In this document: positions 13,992 to 26,849 of the stretch, piece after piece
How positions within the stretch are numbered: position 1 is the stretch's first letter
How the letters are laid out: each line of letters starts with the position of its first letter
NCBI RefSeq assembly: GCF_002113885.1
Contig: NW_018407426.1
Coordinates: 1,362,908 to 1,426,907, forward strand
DNA from: Mizuhopecten yessoensis
Lineage: Eukaryota
Direction of reading: 5' to 3'
DNA: 64,000 bases
Notes under the pieces: model-generated
What the model was told of the DNA's origin: nothing
Databases searched by the model: none
Seen by the model: the letters and a program-made list of their open reading frames with translations, nothing else
Program-made: the position numbers and the translations under genes

Positions 13992-15809
13992 CTGAAACAC
14001 ACCAACATCCCATATCATTATTATAGGGCAAGGCTGTAAGCTTCTTTTTGTATTTTAAGTAAGTAATTATTACTAGAAGACAGATTTGGAGCATAAATTT
14101 AAACAAACATTGGGACAAGAAAAAGCAAGGTATGGAATATATATATAAGCATATTCAATGCTGCATTTGCCCACAACATTTGCAAAAAATGGAATTTTAT
14201 GGTAACTGCAAGGTTCAGCTTCCTAATCCTTGCAATTGTGTTTATTAGGAACACAACTAGCTTACAGACGTATATAACATACTCCTATTGAATGACTTGT
14301 ACATCTGTAACCGTACGAGGAGGAATGTTCCTCAGCGGTTTAGAAATCGTCTCCCTTGGTCATTAACCTTACAGAAATGCCCTACAACTACTCAAGTTTA
14401 GTTAGACATTCTGGAATATCAACTTGTATGTTACAGCTTTAATCAATGGTACAGATCTATACTCTGAAGTATTCGCAAACTTTCCATCTTTGTCCTGCAA
14501 AGGGTTTAGCCAATTAACAAATCAATGCTCATGATATTTTGCAAAAAAAAAATCAATTTTGGTTCAGAAAAGGAATACAAATTTCATAATACCTGTAATA
14601 TGCCAACAGGTATTTCTTAGTGATCCATATTCTAAACTGAATGTATTAAAGTAAAATTTCCAATAAAGGAATTACCTAAGCATTAAACATTATACTTCAT
14701 GTTACGTTTAAAACGTCATTCAGCAACCTTATAGCAACCAGGCCAAATTTCCTTTTGACCTAATTATTATACTGTAGGTAAACTGTTTCCCCACCGTTCA
14801 CAGATGGATTCTACCGTCTATTAAACAGGATCATACCACTGAGGTTTATAGGGATAAATCAGAGGACCACATCGTTAATATTGACTAATTAAAATTAGTA
14901 GGAGCACTTTACATTACAACTCATCAGGTTTCTGTGTACAACTTCCGGCAAACACAATTGCTCAATGGGTCGGTCAATAGCTTGGATGAAATACTGCTCA
15001 CTTAGCAATTCTGTCCCTACAACGTTGGATCAGCACTATTTACCACGGTCAATAATTTAGTTTGTAACTTCACTACAGCAGGAAATTTGACTTAGTGTAT
15101 ACAAACATTTTCTCCACCACCTAGAGGCCACATTTTGTTTATTCACTAATGATAGACCATTTAAAATGAATTTTCTTATCCAATTGAATGTTGCAGCTTT
15201 ACATATAACCTCTGAATTCTGTATACAATTAGTAGGCAGATTCATTTAGAATACACAGTATAGCCGAGGGAAATACAGACCCACATGATATGTACTATCT
15301 TAACCTGTACAGTAATACATAGCTATGTTCATGCACAGAGCTAATGGAAGAACGCTAGAAACTGGACAAGAATCATTACCACCATTATATTGTCCTAGGT
15401 GATAATACAGGTACATTCAATTGCCGTGAACCATTATCAGACATTTACTGAAGAGCTGTGCCTTCTTGATATGTAGGTTCCAGTAGTATTGTTGACAATA
15501 TTTGGTACTATTGTCTACTGTATACAGGAATCATAACCTTGCTTTACAGTGTAAATTTTCACCTTACATTGCAATTTTATAAAAGAAATATTACGAAGTC
15601 AAGAGGATTTTTTTGTCTCATTTTGGGAAGAAAATACACCATTTGGAAAGGAAACTTTCAGGAGTAAACTGCAAATTTTGGGAATAATGCATAAATAAGA
15701 AATAGTTTCAATTAGGAATGGAGCCGAATGGAGCCAATTATCCTCCCCAAAAAAGTCCCAAGAAAAAGCCCTAGGAGTATATGGATTGTACGTGTACAAG
15801 CACTGGGTG

Positions 15810-15900
15810 TTAACTCATTCACCCCTGAAACTTCGTAATGAACTATTCCAACCATTGAGTTGGAAGAGTTCAAATGTGTCTTCAGGTGTGAATGAGTTAA
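15810..15900 (+). mobile_element. 83-bp piggyBac-like MITE, family A
   Basis: TTAA-CTCATTCACCCCTG...CAGGTGTGAATGAG-TTAA, with TTAA on both sides. Confidence 0.8.
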
Positions 15901-15972
15901 TACTGTTGATCTATACATGTATACCTGTGTAACTGGAAATGAAATAGAAATGATCACCAGTTTATTTCCAGT

Positions 15973-16168
15973 GTTTCCATGGTTACGTGAAATGTAAAAG
16001 AAAAGGACTCATTATCTAATTACTGGGCTATGGTATATGTATATCCTTCAGAACTAGAATTGTATAAAGAAAATGGCTTTTACCAATTAAAATATATCCT
16101 TGGTAACTGCAATATATTGCGAAATAAAGGGTATCACCTTGTTACAGACAATACGTAACCTTGGTTAC
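15973..16168. promoter_or_regulatory. Cluster of RFX X-box-like motifs
   Basis: GTTTCCATGGTTAC (15973-15986; reverse complement GTAACCATGGAAAC fits GTHNYY-AT-RRNAAC), GTAACCTTGGTTAC (16155-16168) and a half-site ccttggtaac near 16098. The cluster is about 2 kb upstream of the rootletin exon. Confidence 0.45.
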
Positions 16169-16424
16169 TCGAGTTGTATAGAAAATGAAACGGGATTGTT
16201 AACAGGTAAAGTTCATATATCATTAATTAATAAAAATTGAGCAAAATGGGGATGGGCACCCAATTTTTAGAATGGGTCTATTGATTGTAAATATGGGACA
16301 GGTTGGAACTTGTGACCATACATTCCCTGAAATAGAAATTCAATAAATTTTTAATAATTTAAATCTGTGTTAAATCAAAAATGTGTTGAAATATATGTAG
16401 AATAAAACTGACACCATAGAAATA

Positions 16425-16515
16425 TAAACACATTTACCCCTAAAGACACATTTGAACTCTTCCAATTCAAAGGTTGGAATAGTTCATTATGAAATTTCAG
16501 GGGTGAATGAGTTAA
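16425..16515 (-). mobile_element. 83-bp MITE family A copy
   Basis: Reverse-complement copy with a degenerate left TIR. Confidence 0.75.
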
Positions 16516-19500
16516 GAGAAGGTTTTACATACAATGTACATGTGTATTTGTGTTCAGTCATATATCAAGACAACCCTTACTATAACATGACTGAAGAATG
16601 TTTCATAAAAAAAAACATAAAAAATATTGTAGTATTTAAATGAGGAATATCAAACTTAAAAAAAGATTTGTCAAGAATTTTAAAACTTGTACATAAATCT
16701 AAACCGTGATAAATGAATGAGTACAAAATGTTTTTTAAAATAAAGTCCTGGTATTGAATAGATACAAGAGTCTTTATAATGTCGTTTAATGATTTGAAAA
16801 ATCAATAACATCTCACTTCAATAGTCAATAATCTGGGATAAATGTACTAGATATAAGGCTTTTATTGATTATTCGTACAATTTCCGCCTGTATGAGCGAG
16901 GATGTTAAATTTCCCGTAATACAAGGTGACCTGACACCCACCATGTAATGACATATAACCAGGCTTTCACAACTGATGTTGTAATGATATCTAGTGTATC
17001 AAAAATATATCAAATGAGGATGACAGAAATTGGATAAAAATAATAGAAGATAAATCATGATAAAAATGTTGGATCAAACATTTACAATACACTGATGTTA
17101 AATTAAAACGAGCTTTTAATTGAGAAGGAAATCAATAGCTGATCATCACTTTGGATACGTGTCAAAGCTTGTAGGCCAGAGCTACCTATGTGTGTATGAT
17201 ATTCGTAAATGAATGAACATTTTCAATATTAAATACCTAAATTCACTGTTTTATTAACTTGAGAAGGCAATAAAGTTCATATGAGTACATAGGTATACCC
17301 TAAACAGATTGAAAACTGACTCTTAGACAATGTAGCATCACCACGTCACTGTTTAAATACCTTGAATGACAGGCCCATAAATTTAACATTAAACGACTTG
17401 TGTAAGGTGATATTATATTCAACAACCAATTCAACAATTCCTAATTTTGGGGTCAAAAAGTCACTTCCTTCGCTCAAAATTGATATGTAAAAGTATGCAA
17501 TGTTTATTAAACTATCTACATATATATAACACTAAATCTGAAAATCTTTTACAACTTTCAAGGCCATAGATTCAAAGGGATAAACTGAAGGTCAAGTTTT
17601 GGTATACACAGTACCGTTGCTGTGATTTGGTTTGTGATGATCGTGAGCTGAGTTTAATTATGATGTAGTTGACACAAAGACACAGAGTAAGTCAAACCTA
17701 CACAGTTTATGAATAATGAAGTTTTACTCTAACAACTTCAAAGTAAAAACATGGATTTTTCCTTTTAGAATTCACAATGCTATCATACAATCAGTTGAAT
17801 TTGTACTTTAAAGTGAACAGGTACATGGTGCCAGGTACACAGTTTTCACTATAAAACCTCTGAGAATGAATGTAGTATATAGAAACGTGGTAGAGGGGTA
17901 ACATAGGCAGTATTTTAATGTTGTAAAACTTTAATTATAGTCCTGGACCAAGTATGTATACCTTCATACACCCCATAGCCATCCCATAGTAAAGTGAGAC
18001 ACACATAGCAGGTCCACATGAGTCTTGACTTGTCCCTATAGGAGTGACTGTCTTCCAACACTATTTACCTATATTCCAGTATTGACATTTGCCACAAGGT
18101 TGTATACACAGGTAACATAAGCCATAGCAATCACAAAAGAATTTGTAAAATGAAACTCCAGAAAACTTTTAAAACAGGATCCGGACTACAGTATAAAATT
18201 TGGAGTCAACTTTACCGTCGATGGTAGTTTGTTGTGAATTACAAATAAAATCTAGAAATGAAAATCTAGATTATTCGAGACCAGAAAGTATTATCACAAC
18301 CTCCAAAGTATTCTCCTGATAATGATCTAATAATTAAACAACCATGAAATAGTATACCGAGTAACATATACTATAAAGATTGCTTTATTTTTGCATTAAT
18401 TCATGAGAAGTACTCATTTGCAAATTAAATCGTCTATGAAATATCAATTTCCATTGATCAGTAGAAGTACAATGAACTATCAATGTCGAAACAGTATACT
18501 CTCAATCACAAATTTTACAAACATTGTAAATAGCTTAGTTCGTGAAGTAAAGTACAAACAAAAAATTAAGTGATGCATTTACTGAGCACTATATATATAT
18601 TGATAAGATCTTTTTTAAGTTTGTTAAGTATTTTGCAGAGTAGTAAATTGACAAGGTAATAATTTTGACAAAAAAGTTTTCCGCTAATTGGCTGTTTAAA
18701 AAGGTGATATAAGTACATGTAAAATAAATAAGTATAAATATATATATATGCAGATTGAAGTAATTGTTAACCTTTTCACACAAAAGCGATTTTTTTTAAA
18801 TCAGGACTGTAATGTAATCAAATAGCCTTTGACATTCTCAAGCATCAAGATTTTTTAAAACAATTTAACTACATAGGACAATATTGGTAGGAACAAAATC
18901 GTTTCTCAAACTTGATGAACTTTACTGTGCATAGGACATACATTTTTGTGATCCATTCTGTATCAAAAAACACATTTCAAAACAAGAACCCTTTATTACA
19001 ATTCACCAGACTAAAAAAATATTTTGAAACTATGCATGATGTACTTCAAAATACATAAAACATTTATGTGATTAAAATCATTCTACAAATGAGATATTTT
19101 AACAATATTGATCTTTGTTAAAGGTTAATATAATCTTTATGTACACCTGCTTGTTAATTAAATCTTTTTTTTTTTCAAAGACATTATCATGTAATGTCAT
19201 AATTAAACAATTGAATAAGCTTGTATTGGCAACCAATAAATTGCTGGTTTTTTTCATTACAGGTGGTGAAATACTCTTTGGTCACAATTCTTATCAATTT
19301 ATGAAGTAGTTATAAATATGCCGAACAAATTCTAAGGATTCTAAATGACGAAGTTTATCACAGTGTAGCAGGGGATCCCAAACAATTAACCAATTAATCT
19401 TCGGTCAAATGGGTACATGATAATCATATACCAATATGGCTACAGAAATTCTTGATGTTTACACAATTGTCATGTTATGTAGCGATTAACATTACTTGTT

Positions 19501-19671
19501 ACCAACAACTACTGTATAGAATATGACACATTTACATAACATAATTAAGGTGTAACTGTAATTCTTGAATTCAAAATAAAGAAATTACTCCGAAATTACA
19601 TCCATCTACATTTTCTGGGGGGGGATTAGCTAGCTGGTCAATAGTTCCCCCCCCCCCCCCCCCCCCCCCCC

Positions 19672-19721
19672 NNNNNNNNNNNNNNNNNNNNNNNNNNNNN
19701 NNNNNNNNNNNNNNNNNNNNN
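19672..19721. other. Assembly gap flanked by poly-C and poly-G
   Basis: N run. Confidence 1.
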
Positions 19722-20396
19722 GGGTGGGGGGGGGGGGGGGGGGGGGGGGGTGAAGAATACGCTAGCCAATGTCTTCTGCGGAAAAAATAACTAGCCTATT
19801 TTTTTCCTTTGGGAAAGAATCGGCTAGTTATTTTTTTCCCAGAGAAAAACTTTCAGATGGGGAAATAAATGAATTCTACACCAGTAGCGGTAGACCTAAA
19901 TAAATCATATCAGGTAAAACTATGTTGTGAAAAAGATGGCCGAACATCTCGTGCTAAGATTCTGTAACATCCCAACCTCGGCTTACGCCTCAATTGGGAT
20001 TTTCTTACAGAATCTTAACCCTCGACGGAGACACTCTAACTGAAACATGTTTAGGTCTATGATACTCACACTAAAACACGTTTAAGATCTACGACGGTCT
20101 AACTGTAACACATTTCAGTCTATGAAAGTTTAAATGAAACATTTTTATGTCTGGTAATAGGATATACAAAGGCTTTCTCTTTGTATAGATCTATTGGCTT
20201 TTGAGAAATATCAGGCATGAACAATATCCTATGTGCAGAGGTTGTTTAACAGGAATTTAGCATGAAAGTGGTGTCATCGAAAACAAGATAGAATTTGATA
20301 AAGAATCAAACTCCGTGAATTGAAGAGTATGTTCTTAAATTTTGAACCAACGTGAGCCATGTTCAGTACTGAACTGTGTTGTGCTTATAATTTCTC

Positions 20397-20487
20397 TTAA
20401 CTCATTCACCCCTGAAATTTTATGATGGACTATTCCAACCTTTGAATTGGAAGAGTTCAAATGTGTCTTCAAGGGTGAATGAGTTAA
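20397..20487 (+). mobile_element. 83-bp MITE family A copy
   Basis: Intact TIRs with TTAA on both sides. Confidence 0.8.
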
Positions 20488-22644
20488 AGTGACACATTCC
20501 ACACCTGACTGAAGTCTCTATGGTAGCTATAGAGATCTGAACATTGGATTTTCTTTCAAATTCTGTGCTGGTAGTTTTGGAGAAGGTAATTTATGCATTA
20601 TCAAAATAAAAATGATTTTCAGTAGCAAGTTGTGCAGTTATGTGGTTGTAGTCTTATTGCTTAAGAAAATGAAGTAAATGGTTAGGTACACCAACAATAT
20701 CTAAAAGTTACCATGACACACAGTTATATAACTTGAAATTTCAAGGCAGCTGTCGAGATCCATTTACATCATGTAAACAGGGAAACAACTAATGAATGTT
20801 TGATATGAATAATGGTACTATACATTTTCATTTCCCTGAAAATTCTATCTCTGCTGTCAGATGTGTATGATACCATTTTTTGGCAAACAAGTGAATTGGA
20901 AATTGATAATTTGATCTACAGAGTCGGTCAACCTTCATAGGAGAGAATCACATATGAAGTGCATCTAGACAGAATATGAAACATTACTTCAACAATGCCG
21001 AGCTTGCAAGAAATACAAATTCCAGAAATAGTCAAGTGATGTCACAGCCTTGTAACTAACTATGGTATAAAATGGACATCTCTATGAGAAAGGCTTTCAA
21101 ACAATGCATCAGTTCTATAATATGTTACAGAACTTGAATGTAAGCAATCTTCAATTAGCGTCCAGAAAATTTCAAATAAATTGTACCATGTACTGTCAAT
21201 AATGAGTAGTGTATGTTTGTATATACGTTATCACTGAACTGTGAAAAGCACCCAATGCAAGTACCCAGGAGGGGAGTGTTGATCTAGATACGATCGTTTA
21301 TCAATAATGAAATAATGTGTATAATGGTTGATCAATACGATACTATAATCAATGCGATTGATTATTGATGATGATAATGAAATTTGGATCCACTTCCAGA
21401 ACCGAATACAGGATAATGGTGATACGATACTATGCTACGGTTTAAGTATCGGACAGGGTACTCCGATAGTAACAATATGACATAAACACAATAACTTCAT
21501 GGGCATGTGTAAAGTATATATTCAATATGGTTTTATATCAAGTTTCAGTACAGCTAGCATATTTTATTTTTATTGATTCCCCTTTGTGATTCACATGTAT
21601 CTGTAACAGTGATAAAGCTTCATTTCTGAAAACTTCAGTACATATTGGAAGCTATAAATTTCAGTACATATTGGAAGCTATAGGGGTGTCACAATATGGC
21701 AAATGATAAATTGTAATGTGGCGCTGGTATACCATGCATCACATTTATAGTACTCCTTAGTCACTTAATATTTTCCGAAATAAAAGGTAAATATTGAAAT
21801 ACTGGGTAAATATATTAACTTTTTCCTCCTTTGTATATCAAAATAGCAACTTCTACTCAAGGAGCTAAAGATATCAAATGATAGGCTTTATTGTGAAATC
21901 TAAAAAAAAAAATGAAAAAAAAATGAAAAAATATGGCTTTATATTGTATCTGTTACAAAATTGTAAAGGTTCAAAAACCTGTATGTGGGTTACATTCATC
22001 TTTCTCTATAACATCAATATATCATATCATATCATACAGTTCCTTCAATGAAATTCTAAAATAAGAGATAGACAGTGATACTGAACTGATACATAGTCTT
22101 TAATAATGCCTTAACTGCAGTATTATGGTATTTAGCGTCCAATACTCTACGATTACTACCCTATAGCTATCAATGGCTAGGTTCACATTATCAGGATCAT
22201 ATTTCAAGGAATTTTGGCAGATTTTCAAATCACTCTATGTATTTACCTTGCCTAAACCAGCAAATTATCAACGTGTTTTAAAAACAATTTAATTGATAAA
22301 GATCATCACCATTTTTTACACAAAGAAAAATATGCAAATTGAAACGAAATTAGTTATTTTGGAAATGAGCAACAAATTTGGTTGTGTCAATATACTATAC
22401 CGATATATAATGATTTTCCATACATATCTTACTCTCCTTAACGTACAAATTTATAATATAATATCAATAATTTAATCAAAGTTTCATTGCGTTTAACATC
22501 CAACTGAGCTGATACTGATAGAACAGCGAATTAACCGTGACATAAAGAACTATTGGTAAACCAGAAACTTCAGTATGTTGAAAGTCTTTCCTCAATTCAA
22601 AAGACCTCTTAATGAGGCCGAAATTATACAATAGCTTTAGGTCA

Positions 22645-22734
22645 TTAACTCATTCACCCCTGAAATTTCATAATGAACTATTCCAACCTTTGAATTAGAA
22701 GAGCTTAAATGTTCTTACGGGGTGAATGAGTTAA
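22645..22734 (+). mobile_element. 83-bp MITE family A copy
   Basis: Intact TIRs with TTAA on both sides. Confidence 0.8.
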
Positions 22735-22897
22735 AAGGAATTATTCCTTTTAACTCATTATAGGTCATGGTGGCCATATTGAATTTTCGATAAATTTGCA
22801 TGATAACAGTGAATTCATACTTAATTCATATTCCGTATAAATTCACTGTTATCATGCAAATTTATCGAAAATTCAATATGGCCACCATGACCTATAA
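22725..22897. repeat. Two abutting palindromes (35 bp and 140 bp)
   Basis: 22725-22759 has 17-bp perfect arms. 22758-22897 has ~63-bp arms with about one mismatch. Confidence 0.9.
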
Positions 22898-22914
22898 AGT
22901 GACAAATGGAGGTG

Positions 22915-23040
22915 ACCTGGGCCCATTTGTATAAAACATCTCAAAGTTAAGGAAAATCTCAAGCAATGTATTGTCTATGGAAAATCTTAGACTTGAGGAA
23001 ATCTCAAGAGTTGAGATGATTTATACAAGTGGGCCCAGGT
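22915..23040. mobile_element. ~125-bp MITE
   Basis: TIR acctgggcccatttgtataaaacatctcaa / ttgagatgatttatacaagtgggcccaggt. Confidence 0.7.
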
Positions 23041-23370
23041 ACCCGGAGAAAGCCAGTATGGTAAGACAGGTGACCCATATCTTTTCCTGAACTGGTATGT
23101 TCAAGGCATCAAACTCAAACCCTTGCAATCCTGGTAAAAACCCTTCCACCCATTTGTAGGTTTGGGTTTGGTTTAGTATTGTTTAATGTCCTATCACCAG
23201 TTATGAACATTTAAGGACGGCCTCCCCTGTGTGCAAGATGCATGCAAGTAGTGTACGTGTGTGTGTTTTGGGAGGCTGCGATATGTTCGTGTTTGTCTCC
23301 TTGTGATAGCGCAGAACTGATGCCGACTTTATAGTGCTTAACTCACCATTTACTACTCACTGGCCACCCG
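23041..23370 (-). mobile_element. SINE fragments
   Basis: acccggagaaagcc motif, plus a tail (ggttt)n...tgtttaatgtcct and tttatagtgct, typical of antisense mollusc SINE ends as I recall them. Confidence 0.35.
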
Positions 23371-25084
23371 TCCACCCATTTGTATTTCTAGTGATTCACC
23401 AGAGTGTTTGTCCTACTTTCTTTTAGTCAATCAAATTATCTAACAATACTCTTAGGAGATACTATATATACATGTATAAAGGGAACACTTGTCCTTCTAG
23501 GCATAACATCTACTGGATGGCCATGAGGCCATATCATAGAAAACATGGAACCTCATAATGGCAAGTTTCAGTGAAATCAGCCAATTCAAAATTGACTGAA
23601 GTTTTGAAATAGTTTTCTAAAATGATTGTGATGACAGCCCTATTAGATTTCTGATTATAACAAAAAAAGAGGATTATAGAAGCTACATGCCCATAAAGTA
23701 TCGCTAAAATCTCTTCAGAAGTTAGGACACTGTTCTTCATATTCTGTTGGAAATGTAAAATGTTTATGCACCACAGATGAGGAATGGCGACAGATTGCAA
23801 TAGGTGACCAGCTAATGATAATGACAGATATTAAACGACATTGTGTATGTAACTAAGTGACAACCTGATACAAGTTTACCTACAAAATGTTGTCATAACA
23901 AGTGTAAAGTTTGTCTCAGAAAGCATTGGTCACATACAATAAATTATACCTCTAAAAAGGCCAAAGGAGACCTTCTACAATGTAGTAAAAAAAAATGGGG
24001 GAACAAGAGGGGCATATATCACCTAATGTGGACCCGAAGTTCTTTTTTAACAAGTTTCTAAATTCCATATTCACCTTGTCCTATCACTTTACCAGGTACA
24101 TGTACATTTCCCACAAAGCATTTTTAACAGGGTTGTTTTGATGGTAAACTGTCTTGTCAAACTGTTTGTTTATTTAGGGTTTTTTTCATTTCGCTTCCAA
24201 TTTAAAAATGTTGATTCACCACTGAATCGCATTTCAATCATTTCACTGTTAAAAAAACCCTGTACCACTGCCCAAAAATGGTCACTACGAAATGGAAACT
24301 TTTTACCCCCATGACAATAGCCTTAATATTAAGCCATCTCTGAAAAGAAATTCTTGCAAAACTTTAACCAAAAATAAAGAAAAGAAAATTGAAATAAAAA
24401 AAAACAATTAATTAACTTCATACACAGTGTTCTGAGCGTAAAATTGCAACAGGCCAGAATGAGATTAGGATTCAAACCTTAGACCACTAAACCACAATAT
24501 GGATGCTCACAAAACTGAGCTACCTGGGGTCTGTTTGTTTATGGGGAACACCCAGTTTGTTTGTTTTTAAATGTTAATGTTACATTTTTGGGTATAAATC
24601 CTGGCAGACCTGCAAATGTTTATGCAGGCCTTGCAAGGCTTTGTCAAGGGTTGCCTGAGAGCAGCATCAGATTACTAGCTCCAACCTCATTTCATAAAAG
24701 AACAATTCTGTTCCAACTGTTCAACAGTTTGGATCGCAATAAACGAAAGCGGCCCAAATCACTGGTAGTTCACCCACACAGTCCAATTACAATATCTTCA
24801 AAAACAAAATTAAGGGGGATTTTACTGCATATAAGACAAGAAACTATAAATGAATTCCCCCTGTGTGCAATTAACAGTGGAAAACTCTGCTGCGCATCCT
24901 CTGCTGACTCCTCCCCCACCCCCCAAAAAATGGATTCCAATTTGACAGAAAGATATGGTTATAATCTTAACAAAAGTTGTTTACAATAAATTTTGGCCAA
25001 CCAATGCATTGAATAATAATTTCTGAACAGAGGTTGTGTCAAAACATCTTGTTCACGGCTGTATACCACTATTCGTGCACGAAT

Positions 25085-26027
25085 GCTAGTCGTTTCGGTA
25101 ACAAGTGGTTTCGGGAGTCCCGAAGTCGTTTCGGGACAAAATTAAGTCGTTTCGGGACATAAAAAAAAGTATAATCAAAATATAAATGAATGTTACAAGT
25201 TACATTTCTCTTTCCTGTTTCGTAAAAATCTGTGTAAACACAGCTTTCGTCGTAGCCTTTCAGCAATGACGTCATGATTTATGTGAACACAAGAGTACGC
25301 ATATGGCGGCTTCAACCTACCCGTGCTTGGAAAATAGTTTTGCAAATTAGCGCCACGCTTATTTAATTAGATTGCTTTAGGGGTTACCTGCCAACATTAA
25401 CCTGATTGACAACATGTTGTTAATTTGATTTAACTAATCCCATTATTAAATAGAGGGGAACGAACACCAAGTACCGAACCGAACGCGCGGTCAATATCAA
25501 TCAATCAATCAATTATTTTTAAATAATTTCATTCGGTATTTAAGGTCCCTTTTTTGAAATTGTGATAACATGTTTTCATTTTATTCTTTTCCCTATTAAT
25601 GTGGCCAACTTGATCAAGTTTCCCTTTTTACAGAAGTACTCATTTGACAGTAAATTCTGCATATAAAAAGTATCAAATTTTACAATGACTATGTAGACTA
25701 GTAGGGTGTGTTTTTGTAACCCTCATTGTTGAAAGTATGAAAACAGTGATCTCCTAACTGAGGTACTCGGAGCATCTCCAAACGTTTTTTGTTTTTTTTT
25801 GTAAACCTAAGTTAAAATTATGAAATCAAAGAGCTCCTTACTGTTTGTTTTGCTGAAATTTTGAAAACTACTCAATTAAAAAGTAAACAAAACAAACATA
25901 AACACGTGTGCTAAACAAATAGTAGAAAATAATCGAGATGTCCCGAAACGACTTTTGACACTCCCGAAACGACCCGGAAAAAGGTCCCGAAACGACTTCC
26001 GTCTTGTTACCGAAACAACCTGACACC
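25085..26027. mobile_element. Non-autonomous DNA transposon with inverted subterminal repeats
   Basis: Left end has repeated gtcgtttcgg and right end has repeated ccgaaacgac. Outer inverted repeat is gtttcggtaacaag / cttgttaccgaaac. Confidence 0.7.
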
Positions 26028-26035
26028 TCGGGCAC

Positions 26036-26686
26036 TAACGTCACGCTACCACAATTGGTACAATTTTGACAGTTTTTTAGTGATCTTTAAAAATTCAGAT
26101 CTTGTATCTGGAATGTTTCTTGATTCTTGACAAAGACTACCTATGGTGGTTCATTTTCAGGAAAAGATTTATATCTAAGTAATTTATTTTTGAAAATAGA
26201 ACGCTAAACTCAGAGTGAGATTTCGTCCGTTTTTCGGCCATAAATAGTACCCAAATTGGTACACCATATCACAGGCTATGGAAATTGTTTTTATTTCTAC
26301 AAGTTGATGTGCCGATTACAACAAAATATGTTGCTTTTATAGATACCATACTGAACTATAATTGTATATATTCACTTTTATAATATCCGAATATAAGGAC
26401 CAGAAATCAACATTTAAACGTGCTTATATTTAACCCCTTGAAAATCCTCCAAAATTTCATCGACGTACGTCGTTTTTACTGGTTTTCTGATAGGTTTACT
26501 TTGAAGTCATCGTGTACTTTTTAAATGTTCCTGAAAACAAAACTATTCGGCAGAAATGCTGATAAATATCTATTTTGATATACTGTCAAAGGAAAATGCC
26601 CAAATTTAATTTTAAAGTACTATTTGAACAATTTTCTGACCGTGTACCAATTTGGGTAGTGTACCAATTGTGGTAGCGTGACGTTA
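26036..26686. mobile_element. Non-autonomous TIR DNA transposon (~650 bp)
   Basis: Perfect inverted termini ctaacgtcacgctaccacaattggtaca / tgtaccaattgtggtagcgtgacgttag. Probable TA target site and no ORF. Confidence 0.8.
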
Positions 26687-26849
26687 GTCTAAATATCTTC
26701 AAACTATAGTCCAGATCTGAAAATATACTGGAGAGAGAAATACATCAAATGCATTACTATTACATTCTATTGTATTCTTCAAAATAGATCTATGAAGTTT
26801 TTAAGAAGTTCTGCAGAATTTATAAACGTGTGTAATCAGACACATAACA

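Noticed and set aside
19647-19750. Poly-C / poly-G inverted structure
   Set aside because: It spans an N gap, and homopolymer lengths and orientation are unreliable there.
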